Positions 25,241 to 37,602 are shown, counted from the whole stretch's first letter. The stretch: DNA of 63,291 nt, filler included, from Hyphochytrium catenoides (GCA_900088475.1; 9 parts of 9 records of this genome joined end to end with filler, not necessarily neighbours in it), one strand, 5' to 3'. Numbers and translations are program-made. Notes: a model not told the origin generated them from the sequence alone.

Positions 25241-25806
25241 AGTACCAAATTTAAGAGGCAGGTGGAGACTAGTAGTCCTAACCAGCATCTACAATCTTGC
25301 CGTTGAATATCATCAATGTTAGCGCACCAACAAAAGTAAACTTTGAACCCTACGTCATCTTTTGTCTCCCTAGACGCAGTCAGCATTGCAAGACGACGGA
25401 GATGGTTAAATAGAGCGAGAAGAGGGAGAAAAGAGAGACAGAGAGAGAGAGAGACAGAGAGTTGCGAGAGAGAGAAAGAGAGAGGAGAGAGAGAGAGCAA
25501 GTGAAAGAGAGAAACCGACAGAGAGAGGAAAGAGAGAGAAAAAGAGAGGGGGAGAGAGAAGGAAAGAGAGCAAGTGAAAGAGAATTAAAAAGAATGAGAG
25601 AGAGAGAGGGGAGAGAGAGGGGAGAGAGAGCGACAGAGAGAGGATGAACGAGAAAGAGAGGCCTTTCTGGGACAGTGTTTGTGCCGTGCACGGAAGGGTG
25701 GCGCCGTTTTCCCAGCGGAGACGGATGCAAAGATACGACCAACCACAGGGATGATGCCACCTTCAGCCCTGTTCTGCCAAACTGTTATCCAAGCTGATAG
25801 AGAGAC

Positions 25807-27313
25807 ATGCTGGCTACTAGTTTCGCTGCATCGACAGGCAGGCCCGCTTTCCTCAATCAGGTTTGCCTTCTTTTCCCGTCTTTATCGCTTTGGGTTACTA
25901 ATCCTGTCATGGCCGGCCCCTCTCATGTCTTCCATAATGACGGCTCCATCTGCCTCTCTCCAGCTCCTTCAGGGTTCAGTAGTGGTCCGCTTGGACCCCT
26001 TCTCTTCTATCTCACGCTGCACGCCCCTCCCTGGCCATAATAGTAGCGCAGCGTGAGTGGTGCACGAATAATTCTCAAGCGCAAGCGGTTGCGGACAGGT
26101 AAGCAACAACTGAACTGCATGTCTTCGTCTTCGGTCTCTCCTTCTTCTGCTACCCCTGAGGTCCGGTTTAAAAAGAAGAGAAGGACTCACTATTCTTTAG
26201 CAGAAGACGTGCAAGTCTGGAATGGCACGTTTACCGCGCACCGCCCAGCTGCTTCCTCGATTTCTTCAGAGGTTTCGCGGTGGTTCTTTCAGCAGACTGT
26301 TAGAAGTAAGAGAGAGCCATCATCCTGTGCGGTCACTTTGGACAACAATGGGTAAGATTCAGATTGATCTCCTTTAGTCGACCCTCCTCGCGCGTCTCAT
26401 CAGAATATCATAAAAGTTCTAGCCGAGTCGTAGAAGACTGCCATCGTAGCATCACGTCCTGTCACTCTCTTGCCCTCATCATAACTGTCATCACCATTGT
26501 TTTCTGTCCCTTCAGCTGCTGCTGCTGCTGCGGAGTACATTGATCGATAGCTACAGTCTAGCTGCCGCTTTCTAAAAAAGTTCTTTAACAACGTGTGTCT
26601 CTCTACTTCCTGTCAAACTCAGGTAAGGGCCTTTAGTCCTCGTCATGCTTCACCTTCGATCATCCCGCCTGCCCTTCCTAACGGACAGGTCTTCCTCATC
26701 ACCACCTTCTTCCTTCTTCTACAACCTGCTGCTGAACCATCATCGTCGCCATCATCGGACTCAAAGCAACAGCCAACAACAACAAACAATAATGAACCGC
26801 AAGCAAGCAACAACCCCGCGGGCTCAGTCATCAAAAATAGATCAAGCACAAGCTTCGTGACGGAGAGAGAGAGGCGGAAGCCGCCAGCAGCGCAGCCACC
26901 AAGGCCAAGGCCAAGGCCAAAGGCCAAGGCCAAGGCCAAGGCCAAGGCCAAGGAGTGCGACCTCCGATCCAAACATCGTCAGCTTTCCCTTCACAAGGCG
27001 GCGCATAAGCTGAGGAACCTGCATCGTATTATTACTTCCATTGGCCTAAGCTTCATGGCGTCTCGTGGGGCCACTAATGGGGTATTACTATCGCAAAGGG
27101 AAGCCGTTTCAGTCATGAAGAGACAGAGTCAGAGGGACGGCAGACAGAGAGACAACGAGATGTTGTGGAAAATTAAGGTGAGGAGGCTCTGGTAACGAGA
27201 CAGAGAGAGGAGTATATATCAGAGACGACATCACGAGGTAGCCCCGAATGGCGGAGGGTAAAGAACAGAACAATCATGGTTCCTCTGATGATCGAGAGGC
27301 GTGGTGGCGGAGC

Positions 27314-27344
<31 letters not shown>

Positions 27345-27780
27345 TTGACGACGGGCAGCAGCAGGAGCTTGACGATCGACAGGCAGCAGGAGCGAGCGAA
27401 CAAGAGACAAGAAGAAGAGGAGAGAGAAAGGGCGAAGGGAGAACGTTGGACAGCAGCGAGAGGAGGAGGTTGGAGGAGGGAAGGCTTGATAATATCACAG
27501 GGGGAGAGAACATGGTGAGGCAAGACCTACGAAAGGAGGAGGGATAGTTCGACGTACTGAGCAGCAAGGTGGAAAGGAGGTGTGATCATGCTTTCTGTGT
27601 CCTTCTCGTGTATGCCTTTCCGTAGTCTTTCTGCTAGCGCAGCATGTGCACAAGGATCTTTTTGAAACAGCTACAGGAAGAAGGAGAAGGGAAGGAAATC
27701 AAGGGGCAAACACACAGTTATACGCAGCTCTTCCATTGACAGGGAGAAGTGCGCGTACAAAAGAAGGGAAAGGTAGGCTC
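25807..27780 (+). CDS. Possible spliced low-complexity gene of unknown function
   Basis: Series of open segments ending at good donors (MLATSFAASTGRPAFLNQ|gtttg, VTLDNNG|gtaag, FLKKFFNNVCLSTSCQTQ|gtaag, NEMLWKIK|gtgag), with (AK)n and poly-Q runs. No homology recognised. Confidence 0.25.
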
Positions 27781-28405
27781 TAAGGGAAGGGAAGAGAAGC
27801 AGGCTTGATGTGGTGGTGCCAGGAACACAGAGCGGCGACCGGATGAACGAACAAGAGGCAGAAGAAAGTAGGAGGGCAACCGAAAGAGGAGACAGAAGAG
27901 AGAGTAGCGGACGAAATCTTCCAGTGGCTTGTGTCCGCTATACAATTATAGGACCGCAAGCCGCAGCCGAGGAGGCAGACTTGCAAATGATGATATCGAG
28001 GACAAGAAGGACCATAAATAAAGTTGTGCCATTGCTTGCTTGTTGGCCCCAGTAGGTCCCCACGCCGGCCGATCACTCCTTCCTATTACAGCGTCTGGCC
28101 GCTCGTCGTTGCTATCGTCCCACTGCCTTCGGGCCTAGCTTATCAGCCACTATCTGCACTCCTTGCACCTCCTCTCTCCTACGTCCTTTCTGTTCAAACT
28201 GGGGAGAGAAACATACCTGTCCTGCTGGATAGCTGGGCTCAGCAGGAGACTAGGAGAAACCCGCTACTAGGGGCTAAGGGATCCGAGCACTGACGCGATA
28301 AAAGANNNNNNNNNNNNNNNNNNNNNNNNNNNNNNNNNNNNNNNNNNNNTTAATTAATTAANNNNNNNNNNNNNNNNNNNNNNNNNNNNNNNNNNNNNNN
28401 NNNNN

Positions 28406-29177
28406 AGTGCACAGAGCTAGACACTCTTCTCTGTTCATCAGCCATAATACGATTGATGGCCTCATTTGCAGGAAGAGAGGAAGTCCCTAGGACGTACAGG
28501 TGGCTCCTCATTATAGAGTCAAAGGACGGAGGGAGGCTTTGGAGAATTGAAGACATCAGGATTGTCTCATAGATGTCCTGCTGGTTCTCTTTCTTCTTTC
28601 TCCTTTCGAAGATATCCTTTAGAGCCTCTGTCCTAAATAGAGGAGAATTGAAGACATCAGGATTGTCTCATAGATGTCCTGCTGGTTCTCTTTCTTCTTT
28701 CTCCTTTCGAAGATGTCCTTTAGAGCCTCTGTCCTCTGTTTCAGGGTGGTCAGGTGGGATCTCAGAGAGGTGGTGCCTCCAGAATCAAACCTGGAGTTGG
28801 TGGTCTCCTGAAGACGCCTGAGGACGTTGTCCCCTTCCTTTCCATCCATCTGCTCCTGTAGTTTGAGCCATCCCGCGTCCGCTGATTCTTGCCCTTCCAG
28901 CAGCGACAGGAGCTCATCAGAGACTAGGGGAACCAGTTTGTTGATCGTCTTCCGATCATCCTTCTTCCAGTTCTTCTTGCTTGTCTCTGTGAAATCCTTA
29001 CTGGTGAGCGGGTCTTTGCCATCAGCCAGCAGTGTCTGACTCTCATCCTCGATGTGGACGAGAACGTCTAACTCATCCAGGTAACTTCGAACCCGGCTTG
29101 ACCAGATAGAATACTGGTCCTTGCTGTGTAGAACAGCGATATTGTGCGGATGAACTCCGCCTTACTTTGATGTCATT
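28406..29177 (-). pseudogene. Decayed copia gag
   Basis: Downstream of LTR and PBS: MTSK*GGVHPHNIAVLHSKDQYSIWSTRVRSYLDELDVLVHI..., later ILQSLPPSFDSIMRSHL...EAINRIMADEQRR (UBN2-type gag). Contains a stop codon and an internal duplication with 101-bp period (28541 and 28642). Confidence 0.8.
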
Positions 29178-29253
29178 GTTGCATGTGACAGGATCGTCAC
29201 TCTAGCAGCTCAACTGAGAAGAGGAGAAGCAACAGTCACGACCAACTGCGAGT

Positions 29254-29270
29254 GTGGGCATAACATAACC
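29254..29270 (-). promoter_or_regulatory. Primer-binding site of the half-tRNAiMet type, disrupted
   Basis: Minus strand reads ...CATCA|GGTTATGTTATGCCCAC immediately after the LTR, compared with the copia/hemivirus-type GGTTATGRGCCCA. Confidence 0.75.
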
Positions 29271-29614
29271 TGATGAATTTTACAGAGATGGGTGGCCGGC
29301 AATGCCTGAAGCTTCTGTATGAGCACAATCTAGATGCAATGATAACAAGGGGACTTGGTATTGATGTGCGATGGAGATTTCTATGAATGATTACTCCGTC
29401 CTGAGAGCCTGGTCTGGACTCGAGATCTATTGCTCGGCCCAGCTTCCCTCATCATCTCTCTCTCCTCTGCTGCTCCTGAGTTCTTCTGGAAATTCTTCTC
29501 ACATCCCTCTTTCCCATAACACAGGTGTACCCGTAACGTCTATGTCCCTGAGAGCTAGGTGTGTATAGAGAGTGACTACTGTACTACTGACAACGAACAT
29601 AGTAGCACTCAACA
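29271..29614 (-). mobile_element. 5' LTR (344 bp) of a copia element
   Basis: Minus-strand termini TGTTG...CATCA. Homologous to 939-1104, followed by PBS and gag, and abutting an interrupted integrase at 29615. Confidence 0.88.
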
Positions 29615-29808
29615 GGCATTGTCAATACTCGTAGCTATCAAGGCTATGTACATTTTCTGCTCGTGGTGGTGGATGATCACTCTCGGAGGTGCTTTGTGCA
29701 ATTTCTCCGGAGCAAAGGAGAAGCAGAAGCTAGTTGGAGGAGCTCATTCTTTCCATGGAGAACCAGACGGATGAGCGCGTGAAGTAGATACGCTCCGATC
29801 GCGGGGGT
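29615..29808 (+). pseudogene. Copia integrase core remnant (not shown in ORF track)
   Basis: GIVNTRSYQGYVHFLLVVVDDHSRRCFVQFLRSKGEAEA, a frameshift, then LEELILSMENQTDERVK*IRSDRGG (the VDDxSR and IRSDxGG integrase motifs). Confidence 0.88.
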
Positions 29809-29879
29809 CATCTATATTATATAGAGGAACAGCTGTCGCAACTGTGAAGCCCTCTAGGGAAAGTGTACCATAAATAGAA

Positions 29880-29935
29880 TGTCACAGCTGGGATTCGAAC
29901 CCAGGAGCTCTCAGTCAGGCCTAACGTTCGTACCC
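29880..29935 (-). tRNA. 3' half of a tRNA or tRNA-derived SINE head, cut by scaffold end; isotype uncertain (Pro-like)
   Basis: Minus strand: CTGAG AGCTC CTGGG-TTCGAAT-CCCAG CTGTGAC A, read as anticodon-stem 3' strand, variable loop, perfect T-arm with B box, and 7-nt acceptor strand plus discriminator. Confidence 0.55.
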
Positions 29936-30887
29936 NNNNNNNNNNNNNNNNNNNNNNNNNNNNNNNNNNNNNNNNNNNNTTAATTAATTAANNNNNNNNN
30001 NNNNNNNNNNNNNNNNNNNNNNNNNNNNNNNNNNNCCTCACGCAACAGAGTCACATTGTACATAGAAAGCACGTACAAACTCCAGAGAGAGATACAGAGA
30101 AGACCCACAATGGCAACAGCAAGGGCCAACGTTCACCTTCTCCGGCCCTGAAGAAGAAGGTTGATCTCTCTCCTCTCTCTCGTTTTCACTTCGTCTCTCT
30201 CCCTGCTGCTGCTGCCACTGTTGTTGCGTGGTTGCTGTATGGGGCAGAAGAGATGGAGAAGATAGCAAGAAGAGAGGAGAAAGGCAATCCTAGAAGGAGA
30301 GAGAGAGAGGGAGAGAGAGAGAGAAGAACCGGAAGAGAAGATGCCATGTCTTCCGCGCCTTTGAAAAGCAGCACCTTTCTCCGCGTCGTAGCGTCTCTCG
30401 CTTCTCACTTGGCGGCACTTTCTCTTCCTTCTCCTTGCTCTGTCTCTCCTCTGCCTCTTGAGAGAGAAGCCAGCGCTGCTAGAGATCGTCTCTGTGGACT
30501 GCTGAAGAGAAGAAGAAGAAGAAGGCGGATCTACTTCTTGATGCTTGGAAGAAGAAGAGTGGTTCTCTTCTTTCAAGCTTTGTCTCTTCATTCTCTCGTC
30601 CTCTCTGCTTGGACTAGGCGGCTGTAGAGCAGTGTTAGCCTGCACCGCCGAAGATCAGAAGAAGAGAGAGAAGGTGTCTCTCTCTCTCTCTCTCTCTTTT
30701 TCTTTCTGCAGGTCAATGGCCAGGGAATGTTCACACAGGTGTCGCGGCCTTTATGCCGCTCTGCACAGCGCTGGTCGCGATGGTGAAGCTCATCACTGAG
30801 CTTGCAGCTTGCGTCTGCAGATCCACGACAGAGATCTCATGAGATCCGAAGCTCCAGCTGAGATCATCATAGCGCCTGCTATTGCCT

Positions 30888-30926
<39 letters not shown>

Positions 30927-31830
30927 AGGATGCAGACAGAGATCCACATCGGGATAATAACGAAGCTGCGGATATCCTCGCAAAGAGACCGCCATGCCCG
31001 CGTAAAAGAGCTGTCTCCGCCGCGAAGATGAAAAAGAGGAAGTGGAAGGGTTTTATGGCATGAGAGAGACGCTCAACGTTGGGTCAAGAAGAGAGTCTGG
31101 TGGAGCTCTGAGGGGAGAGAGAGACACAAGAGAAGAAGAGAGAGAGAGAGAGACACGCCGAGTGTCTTGGAGAGATAGAAGAGCCAGAAGAGAGACACAC
31201 AGCCCTCTCCCCTCGGGCTAACAAACTGGCGTGGCGCTGGTAAAGTTAATCTCTGGCGGGGAAGGACAGGGAACAAACGTCGAAAGACAAAGTCGTCCCT
31301 CTCTCTCTCTCTCCTCTCTCCTCTCACTTCTTCGTGCTGATGTCTCTCCTTTCCTTGCCGAGGGAGAGGAGAAAAAAGGAGAGTGAGGAGAGGGGCGTCT
31401 CTCTTCTCCTCTTTCTATGGCTCTGTGGAGACGATGGAGAATGAGGGAGGAGGAGAGAGAAAAGGTGTATTGTTAGAGGTTTTTCTTCCTCTTAGAACGG
31501 CTGCTTTTTAGATTTTGTCCTCCAGGAGGAGAGAGAGGAAGAAAGGAAGGACGAACCGTCGGAGAGAAAGGCCGCCTTTCAGTGTCAGAAGAGAAGCGGA
31601 AAGAGGAGAGGAATGTAGGACTCGTGGCGGAGAGAAGACGCTTCTTCTCGTAAGACTAGCATCTTGTGTCTCTCTTCTTCTCCTTTTGAGGCTCTCTCCT
31701 CGAGTTATCAAGGACCTCCTCAGACAGTTCTTCGATCTCTTTGTCGCCGAAGCAGGGAAGAGCAAGAGAAGCGAAAGAACAAGAAAGAAGATCTTTCCTA
31801 ACCTTTCTTCTCTTTCTTTCTCTCTCTCCC

Positions 31831-31861
<31 letters not shown>

Positions 31862-31905
31862 ACTCTGTCACTCTGTCCCTTCTCCCGTCTCTTTATCTCC
31901 TTGTG

Positions 31906-31941
<36 letters not shown>

Positions 31942-33109
31942 CCTCTTCCACTTCTAATTTTGTTTTTAAAGATCTATCCTTCAAGTCTCGTCTCTCTCTC
32001 TTTCTCTCCTCCGTCATTGTCTCTTCGCCTATTTCTTTGTCTTTCACTCGCTCTTCTTCACCAGCCCGTGCCTGCTGAAGTGACAAGGTAAGGAAGAAAA
32101 GCTAGCTTTATTTGGGGGAAGAGAAGAGCAGAAGATCCTCTCTCCCTCTCTTTCTTTGGTACCAGAGAATGATTGGTAAGAGAAGAAGTCTTCTCAGAGC
32201 CATTAAGTGAGACCAAGAAGACCGAGGAGAGAAATAAGGGGAGCCTGGAGGTGAAAAGAAGAGAGAGAAAGAGAGAGAGAAAGAAAGAAAGAGAGAAAGA
32301 GAGAGAGAAAGAAAGAAAGAGAGAAAGAGAGAGAGCAAGAAAGAAAGAGAGAGATAATTCAAAATGCAGAGGAGAGAGGGGAGCACACTTAGGGACCTTC
32401 AAGGGAAGACAAAGAGAGCAGTGAAGGCGTCGAAGAAGAGAAGAGAAACCGAGAAAAGGAAGAAAAGTTCAATGAAGAGAGAAGAGAGAGACAGAGAAAA
32501 AAACGAGAGAGAATAGACAGAGATGAGAGTTAGGCGAGAGCAAAGGAGAACCAGAAAGAGCGACCGCGACAGAAACGAGAGAGAGAGGAGAAGGAGAGCG
32601 GTAGAGAGAGTCAGACAGAGAGAGAGAGAGACAGACAGAGAGGGAGAGAGAGGAAGAAAAGTGAAAGAGCAACATCGCAAGTCGGGAAGACTAAGCTCGA
32701 GAAAAGAGAAGACGACGACAAAGAGGAGCCAGGGGACAAGAGGATGATAAAAGAAAGGAAGAAGAGAGCAATAGAGACAGACAGGAGCGCGGATGGATGA
32801 GAAAGACTCTCGACTTCGGAGGGACGATGGGGAGCAGAGCCCAGAGAAAGAGAGGATGACACAAATTTGAAGAATGAGATATCGAGGGAGAGAGTGAGAC
32901 AGAGGAAGGAGAGAGAGAAGAGGGAGAGAGAAAGAGAGAAAGGTTGAATGACATAGTTATATATATAGAGAGAGAGGAAGAGGGTAAGATCAAGTCGGTT
33001 GCTCTTGCTCTATTAATCAACTTTATAGTTCTATGCAGTGTGTCTTTCTTTCTCTTTCTCCCTCTCTCTCCTTTTCTCGTTGGTTGCTCTCTCGTCTCAG
33101 TAACTCTTC

Positions 33110-33909
33110 TTACGCAAAGACCGCAGGCAAATCGGACTCTTCCTCCTTCTTTTCTCTCCTGTTTCTAGAGGGGCTTCTCCCTCTTTCATCGTCCTCCTTC
33201 TCTCTCTCTGCTAGGGAGAATGATGATGAGAGAGAGAGAGCCTTGGGCTGCAAGGGAAGGACGCCATGGTCAGCATCCCCAGCTGGCAATGTGTCCAAGA
33301 GAGAGAGAGGATCGGGAGCAGGAAGAGACGATGGAGGGATAGAGAGAGAGACAGCTGACGATGAAACAGGAGGCGTTGGCTTGTACCGGAAAATGTACAG
33401 GAGAGAGAGAGTGGCCACGAGGAAGAGAAGAGACGCCACGAAGAACGGGAGACCGTAGAAGCCGCCACAGAGCCCATCTGGAGGGTGATAATGTGGAGGG
33501 CAGGGAGAGGGAAGAGCCTCTTTCATTCTGGGAGAGAGAGAGAAGGAGAGAAGGTATCCAAATAGAGGAGCAGACACGGCCTGCAAAACAGGGTTAATAA
33601 TCAAGACAAAACACATCGAAGAGTCTCCCCAGAGAGATAAAAGTGTGATAGAACCACTGGGGAGCAGGAGAGACACAGGTGGCAGTTAGGAGGAATGATG
33701 TCCACAAACTCAAGATAAGCACATAGTGGTGAGGATTGACAGGGAGAGAGAGAGAGAGAGAGAGAAAGAGCAGGAGAGAGAGAGAGAAACAGAGAAAGAG
33801 CAGGAGAGAAAGAGAGAGAGAAAAAGAGCAGGAGAGAGAGAGAGCGAGCGCAGGAGAGAGATAGACAGAGAGAGGGCAAGAGAGAGAGAGAGAGACAGAG
33901 AAAGAGCAG

Positions 33910-33950
<41 letters not shown>

Positions 33951-35942
33951 CAGGGGCGCTATACCTGTGCTATGGTTCTAAGGCTACCAAGGGCGCCCTG
34001 TAGCGATCCTTGACGCTCAGGGCTGAACTTCTGAGTGATTATGCCTCGTAAGCACGGGTCCGATAGCTGGTGGAGAGAAGTCGCTATGCTGACAGCGAAG
34101 ATCATCCAGCCCTGGAAATATGGAAGAGAGAGAGAGAGACACAAACACATACGCAGAGGTGGGGAGAGAGAGAGAGAAGAGGGAGAGAGAACGAGGTTGT
34201 TGTGACCACATGAGACCTTTTCAGGGCTTAATTCTGCAGAAGCAGGTGACTAAACTATAAAGAGAGAGGAGTCAAGAGAAAGCGAAGAGAGAGGGGCATT
34301 TTCGTGAACAGAGAGAGAGATAAAAGGAGAGAGGGACAGAGAGAAGAACGAGCAGAGAGAAGAAAGAGAGATGAGAAAGAGACAGAGAGAGAGAAGGAGA
34401 GCAACCATGACGCGCCGCAGAAGAGGCGAATACATCTAGACCAATGAAACAGGATTTGAGCTTACCTGTGAGCTGAGTCCGAAGAGAAGATAGCCCAAGG
34501 AGTTCAAACAATAGCCAAAGATCACTGCCTGTCGAGGGCGTAGGACGGCGGGAACTAGCAAACGAATGGCGAAGCCCTGGCAGAGCGACAGAAAGAAAGA
34601 GTAAAGAGAGAGAGACAGCCAGAAAGAGAGAGAGAGAGAGAGAGAGCGCTTTAGATTGTAAGAAAGAGGAGAGAGAGTTGGGCATGTGCTACATCCTAGC
34701 ACTTGAGAACAACGTTGAGAGGCAACCATCCAACCAAAGGACTGAGAAGGGATTAGAACAAAAAAGAGACAGAGCGAGACAATATGTGGATGCAAAACTC
34801 AGCGAGAAGCGCAAGAAAGGAAAGAAGGGAGAGAAAGAATGACAGAGGAGGGAGAGAGAGAGAGACGAAGAAAGCTTTATAGTTAAAAGCCCCACCTGGA
34901 CAAAGACCGAGCAGAGTCCGACTGTCGCTAACAGGTATCCAAGGTCCGCTGACCCCCTGATGTCAAGGGACGAAGAAGACATCTCAATGCTCCTGAAAGG
35001 AGACGGACAGGGAGAACGGAAGAAGATAGAGAACAAGCAACGAAAAGTATAACAGAGGACGGCGTAGATGTCTCTCCCTCCATTGCAAATTCCTTTCTCT
35101 CTCTCTCTCTCTCTTTCAGCAATTTGCTCTCTTACCAGCCAAATCTGGCATTGACGTAGAGATACCAGATGCCATAGACACCTTGAACCATTCCTCCTAT
35201 GAAGATAGGGAGAGAAAGCCATCGGCACTCAGCATTCTCCCAATAGATGCGAAGAGCTGGCCAAGGCGTCGCCGCACCCCAACGAAACTTCTGACGGCGA
35301 GTAGGAGGCAGGGTCTCTGAGAAGAGACAGACGCAGGGGAGAAAGCCGTCAGCCAGGGAGAAGAGAGAAGGAGGTAAAAGAGAGAGAGAGAGAGAGCTCA
35401 CTGCTTCGCCGCTGAAGAAAAGACAGTTCGTCCTCCACCCACCCTCTCCACTCTCCTTTGCTCTCTCCACACTTCTTTGCTCTCAATAACCTGCACATCA
35501 TCTCTTTCTCTTCTGACACCCTCTCCTCGCACAAATTTTCTCTCACTTTCTTCTCCGACTCTCTCTTTTTTGAAGACAAGCACAAGCGGTAGCCACCTTC
35601 TCTCCTCTCTCTCTCTTATCTCTCCACGTGCTTTACCTTTAATCTGCGTCAGCATCACCAAGAAAGAGATGGCAGAGCAGGAAGCAGCCGAAAATAGCGC
35701 AGCTTGTAGCGAGAGAGTCCCCAGAACTCCTCCTAACAGGGGTCCGACAATGAACCCAATGCCGAAACTTACGCCCACGAGCCCAAAATTATTGAACAGG
35801 CGAGAGTCAGCGCGGAGCACCGAAATATCGCCGATTATGGCGTATGCTGAGAGAGAGAGAGTCACAGAGAGAGAGGGAGAGAGAAAGAGAGAGAGAGAAA
35901 AGAGAGAGAGAGAAAAAGAGAGAGAGAGAGAGGGAGAGAGCA

Positions 35943-35977
<35 letters not shown>

Positions 35978-36467
35978 AAGAGAGAGAGAGAGGGAGAGAG
36001 AAAAAAAGGAGAGAGAGAGGGAGAAAGAGAGAGGGAGAGAGAACGAGAGAGTGAGGGAGATAGAAAGAGAGAGAGGGAGAAAGAGAGAGAGAGAAAGAGG
36101 GAGAGAGAAACAGAGAGAGAGAAAGAAAGAGGGAGAGAGAAACAGAGAGAGAGAGAGAAAGGGGGAGAAAGAAAGAGAAGGAGAGAGAAAGAGAGAGAGA
36201 GAAAGAGCGACCGCATGAGCAATGAGAGACGACAGCCCGAGAGACGACAGCCCAAGTCAGGGCAAGAAGGGGAAGAACGATGAGTTACGGAAGTTAGCAA
36301 GGGAACGAAGAGGCTGTTGGGGAAAATCTCTACTAGAAGAGAAAGTGGCTGAAAAAGAATAGGAGAGAAATAGAGATATTATTCTAGAGAGAAAAATGAG
36401 AACAAAGAGCCATCGGTTATGACAGAATGAAGTCGGGAGACTAAGGAGAGAAAGAGGGAGAGACAGC

Positions 36468-36504
<37 letters not shown>

Positions 36505-37432
36505 GAAAGAATTATTGCCCTTACTCATAGCAAAATGAGCGCTGGTGATTCCGGAGATGATGCGTGTGACCACATACAGAGCGAGAGAGGGTGCGGAGGC
36601 GAACAAGAAACCCGTGATCACGGAGGAAGAGAAAGAGAGAGAGAGAATGGCTTTTCTTCCGTAAACGTCTGAAAGGCATCCGAGGATTGGATTCATGAAA
36701 AGCTCCAGGAGAGCGTTCACAGCGGAAAGGACGCTTGAGAATCGAGCTGGGGTGTGTGCATGGAGAGAGAGAGAGAGAGAGAGAGAGTGAGTGAGAGGGA
36801 AAGAGAGTGAGAGAGAGAGAGGTGAGAGTGAGAAGCGGGAGAGGATATAATAGATACCCAGAGGTTCCGCGTGGAGAGCAAGTGAGAAAGAATAAACGCC
36901 TAAATCAGTGGACGCCGATATTGAGAACGGTTAAGGCACAGAGAGAGAGAGAGAGAGAGAAAAGAGACAGAGAATAAGAGTGAGAGAGGAAGAGAGAGAT
37001 TGAGACACAGAGAAAAAGAGGAAAAGAGAGAGAGAAAGAGAGAGAGAGAAAGAAACGAAAAAGAAATACTACAACTGTAAAGGCGAGCATTCAGGCGGAG
37101 GCAGAAAGGAGAGAGACAGTACCTGCTTTGCCTGTATCTTCATTGAAAAAAAGGAGGATAAGCCGAGGAATGACGGGGATGAGGAGAGAGAAAGAGAGAA
37201 TGTGGAAGAAAACCATTATCAGCGTCCAGCGCAGGGTCAGAGTGTACGCTCTCTCTTCTCTCTCTGCTTCAGGATGAGAAGCAGCATTATCTCTTTCCTC
37301 TCTCTCTCTCTCCCTCTTGATATCGACATGATCATCTCTCTTCTCTCTTGAAAGCCGAGGAGAGAGTCCGTTCCCTCTCTCCTCTCCTTTTCCTCTCGAT
37401 GTTGTCTGTGAAGGGCTTCCAGGACCCGTCAT
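33110..37432 (-). CDS. MFS transporter, TetA/DHA1/MFSD14-like (8 exons)
   Basis: SLLIPVIP, PILGCLSDVYGRK (MFS motif A), TRIISGITSA, YAIIGDIS, FGIGFIVGPLLGG (antiporter motif C), KETLPP, ERQGSLQGALGSL. GT-AG junctions are in frame where checked. Confidence 0.93.
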
Positions 37433-37602
37433 CGCCTAAAAAAGAGTGAGTCATTTTATGGAACGAAGTCAAGAAAGAGAAGGGAAGAGACAAACAGAAT
37501 GGCAAGTGAGCGTTGGACAAGGGAGTAAGGGAGAGAGAGAGAGTGAGAGAGTGAGAGAGAGAGAGAGAGAGGGAGAGAGAGAGAGAGAAGAGGGAGACAG
37601 AG

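Noticed and set aside
939-29614. Two same-orientation LTRs apparently flanking a 27-kb gene cassette (giant gene-capturing retroelement)
   Set aside because: Both LTRs are separated from the genes by artificial spacers. The outer flanks do not form a TSD, the LTRs are diverged, and the flanking host segments (RT on the left, integrase core on the right) are not contiguous.
30036-31400. Possible basic-region (bZIP-like) gene on the minus strand
   Set aside because: The basic run derives from a purine-rich tract, there is no leucine zipper, and neighbouring exon candidates hit stops in all frames.
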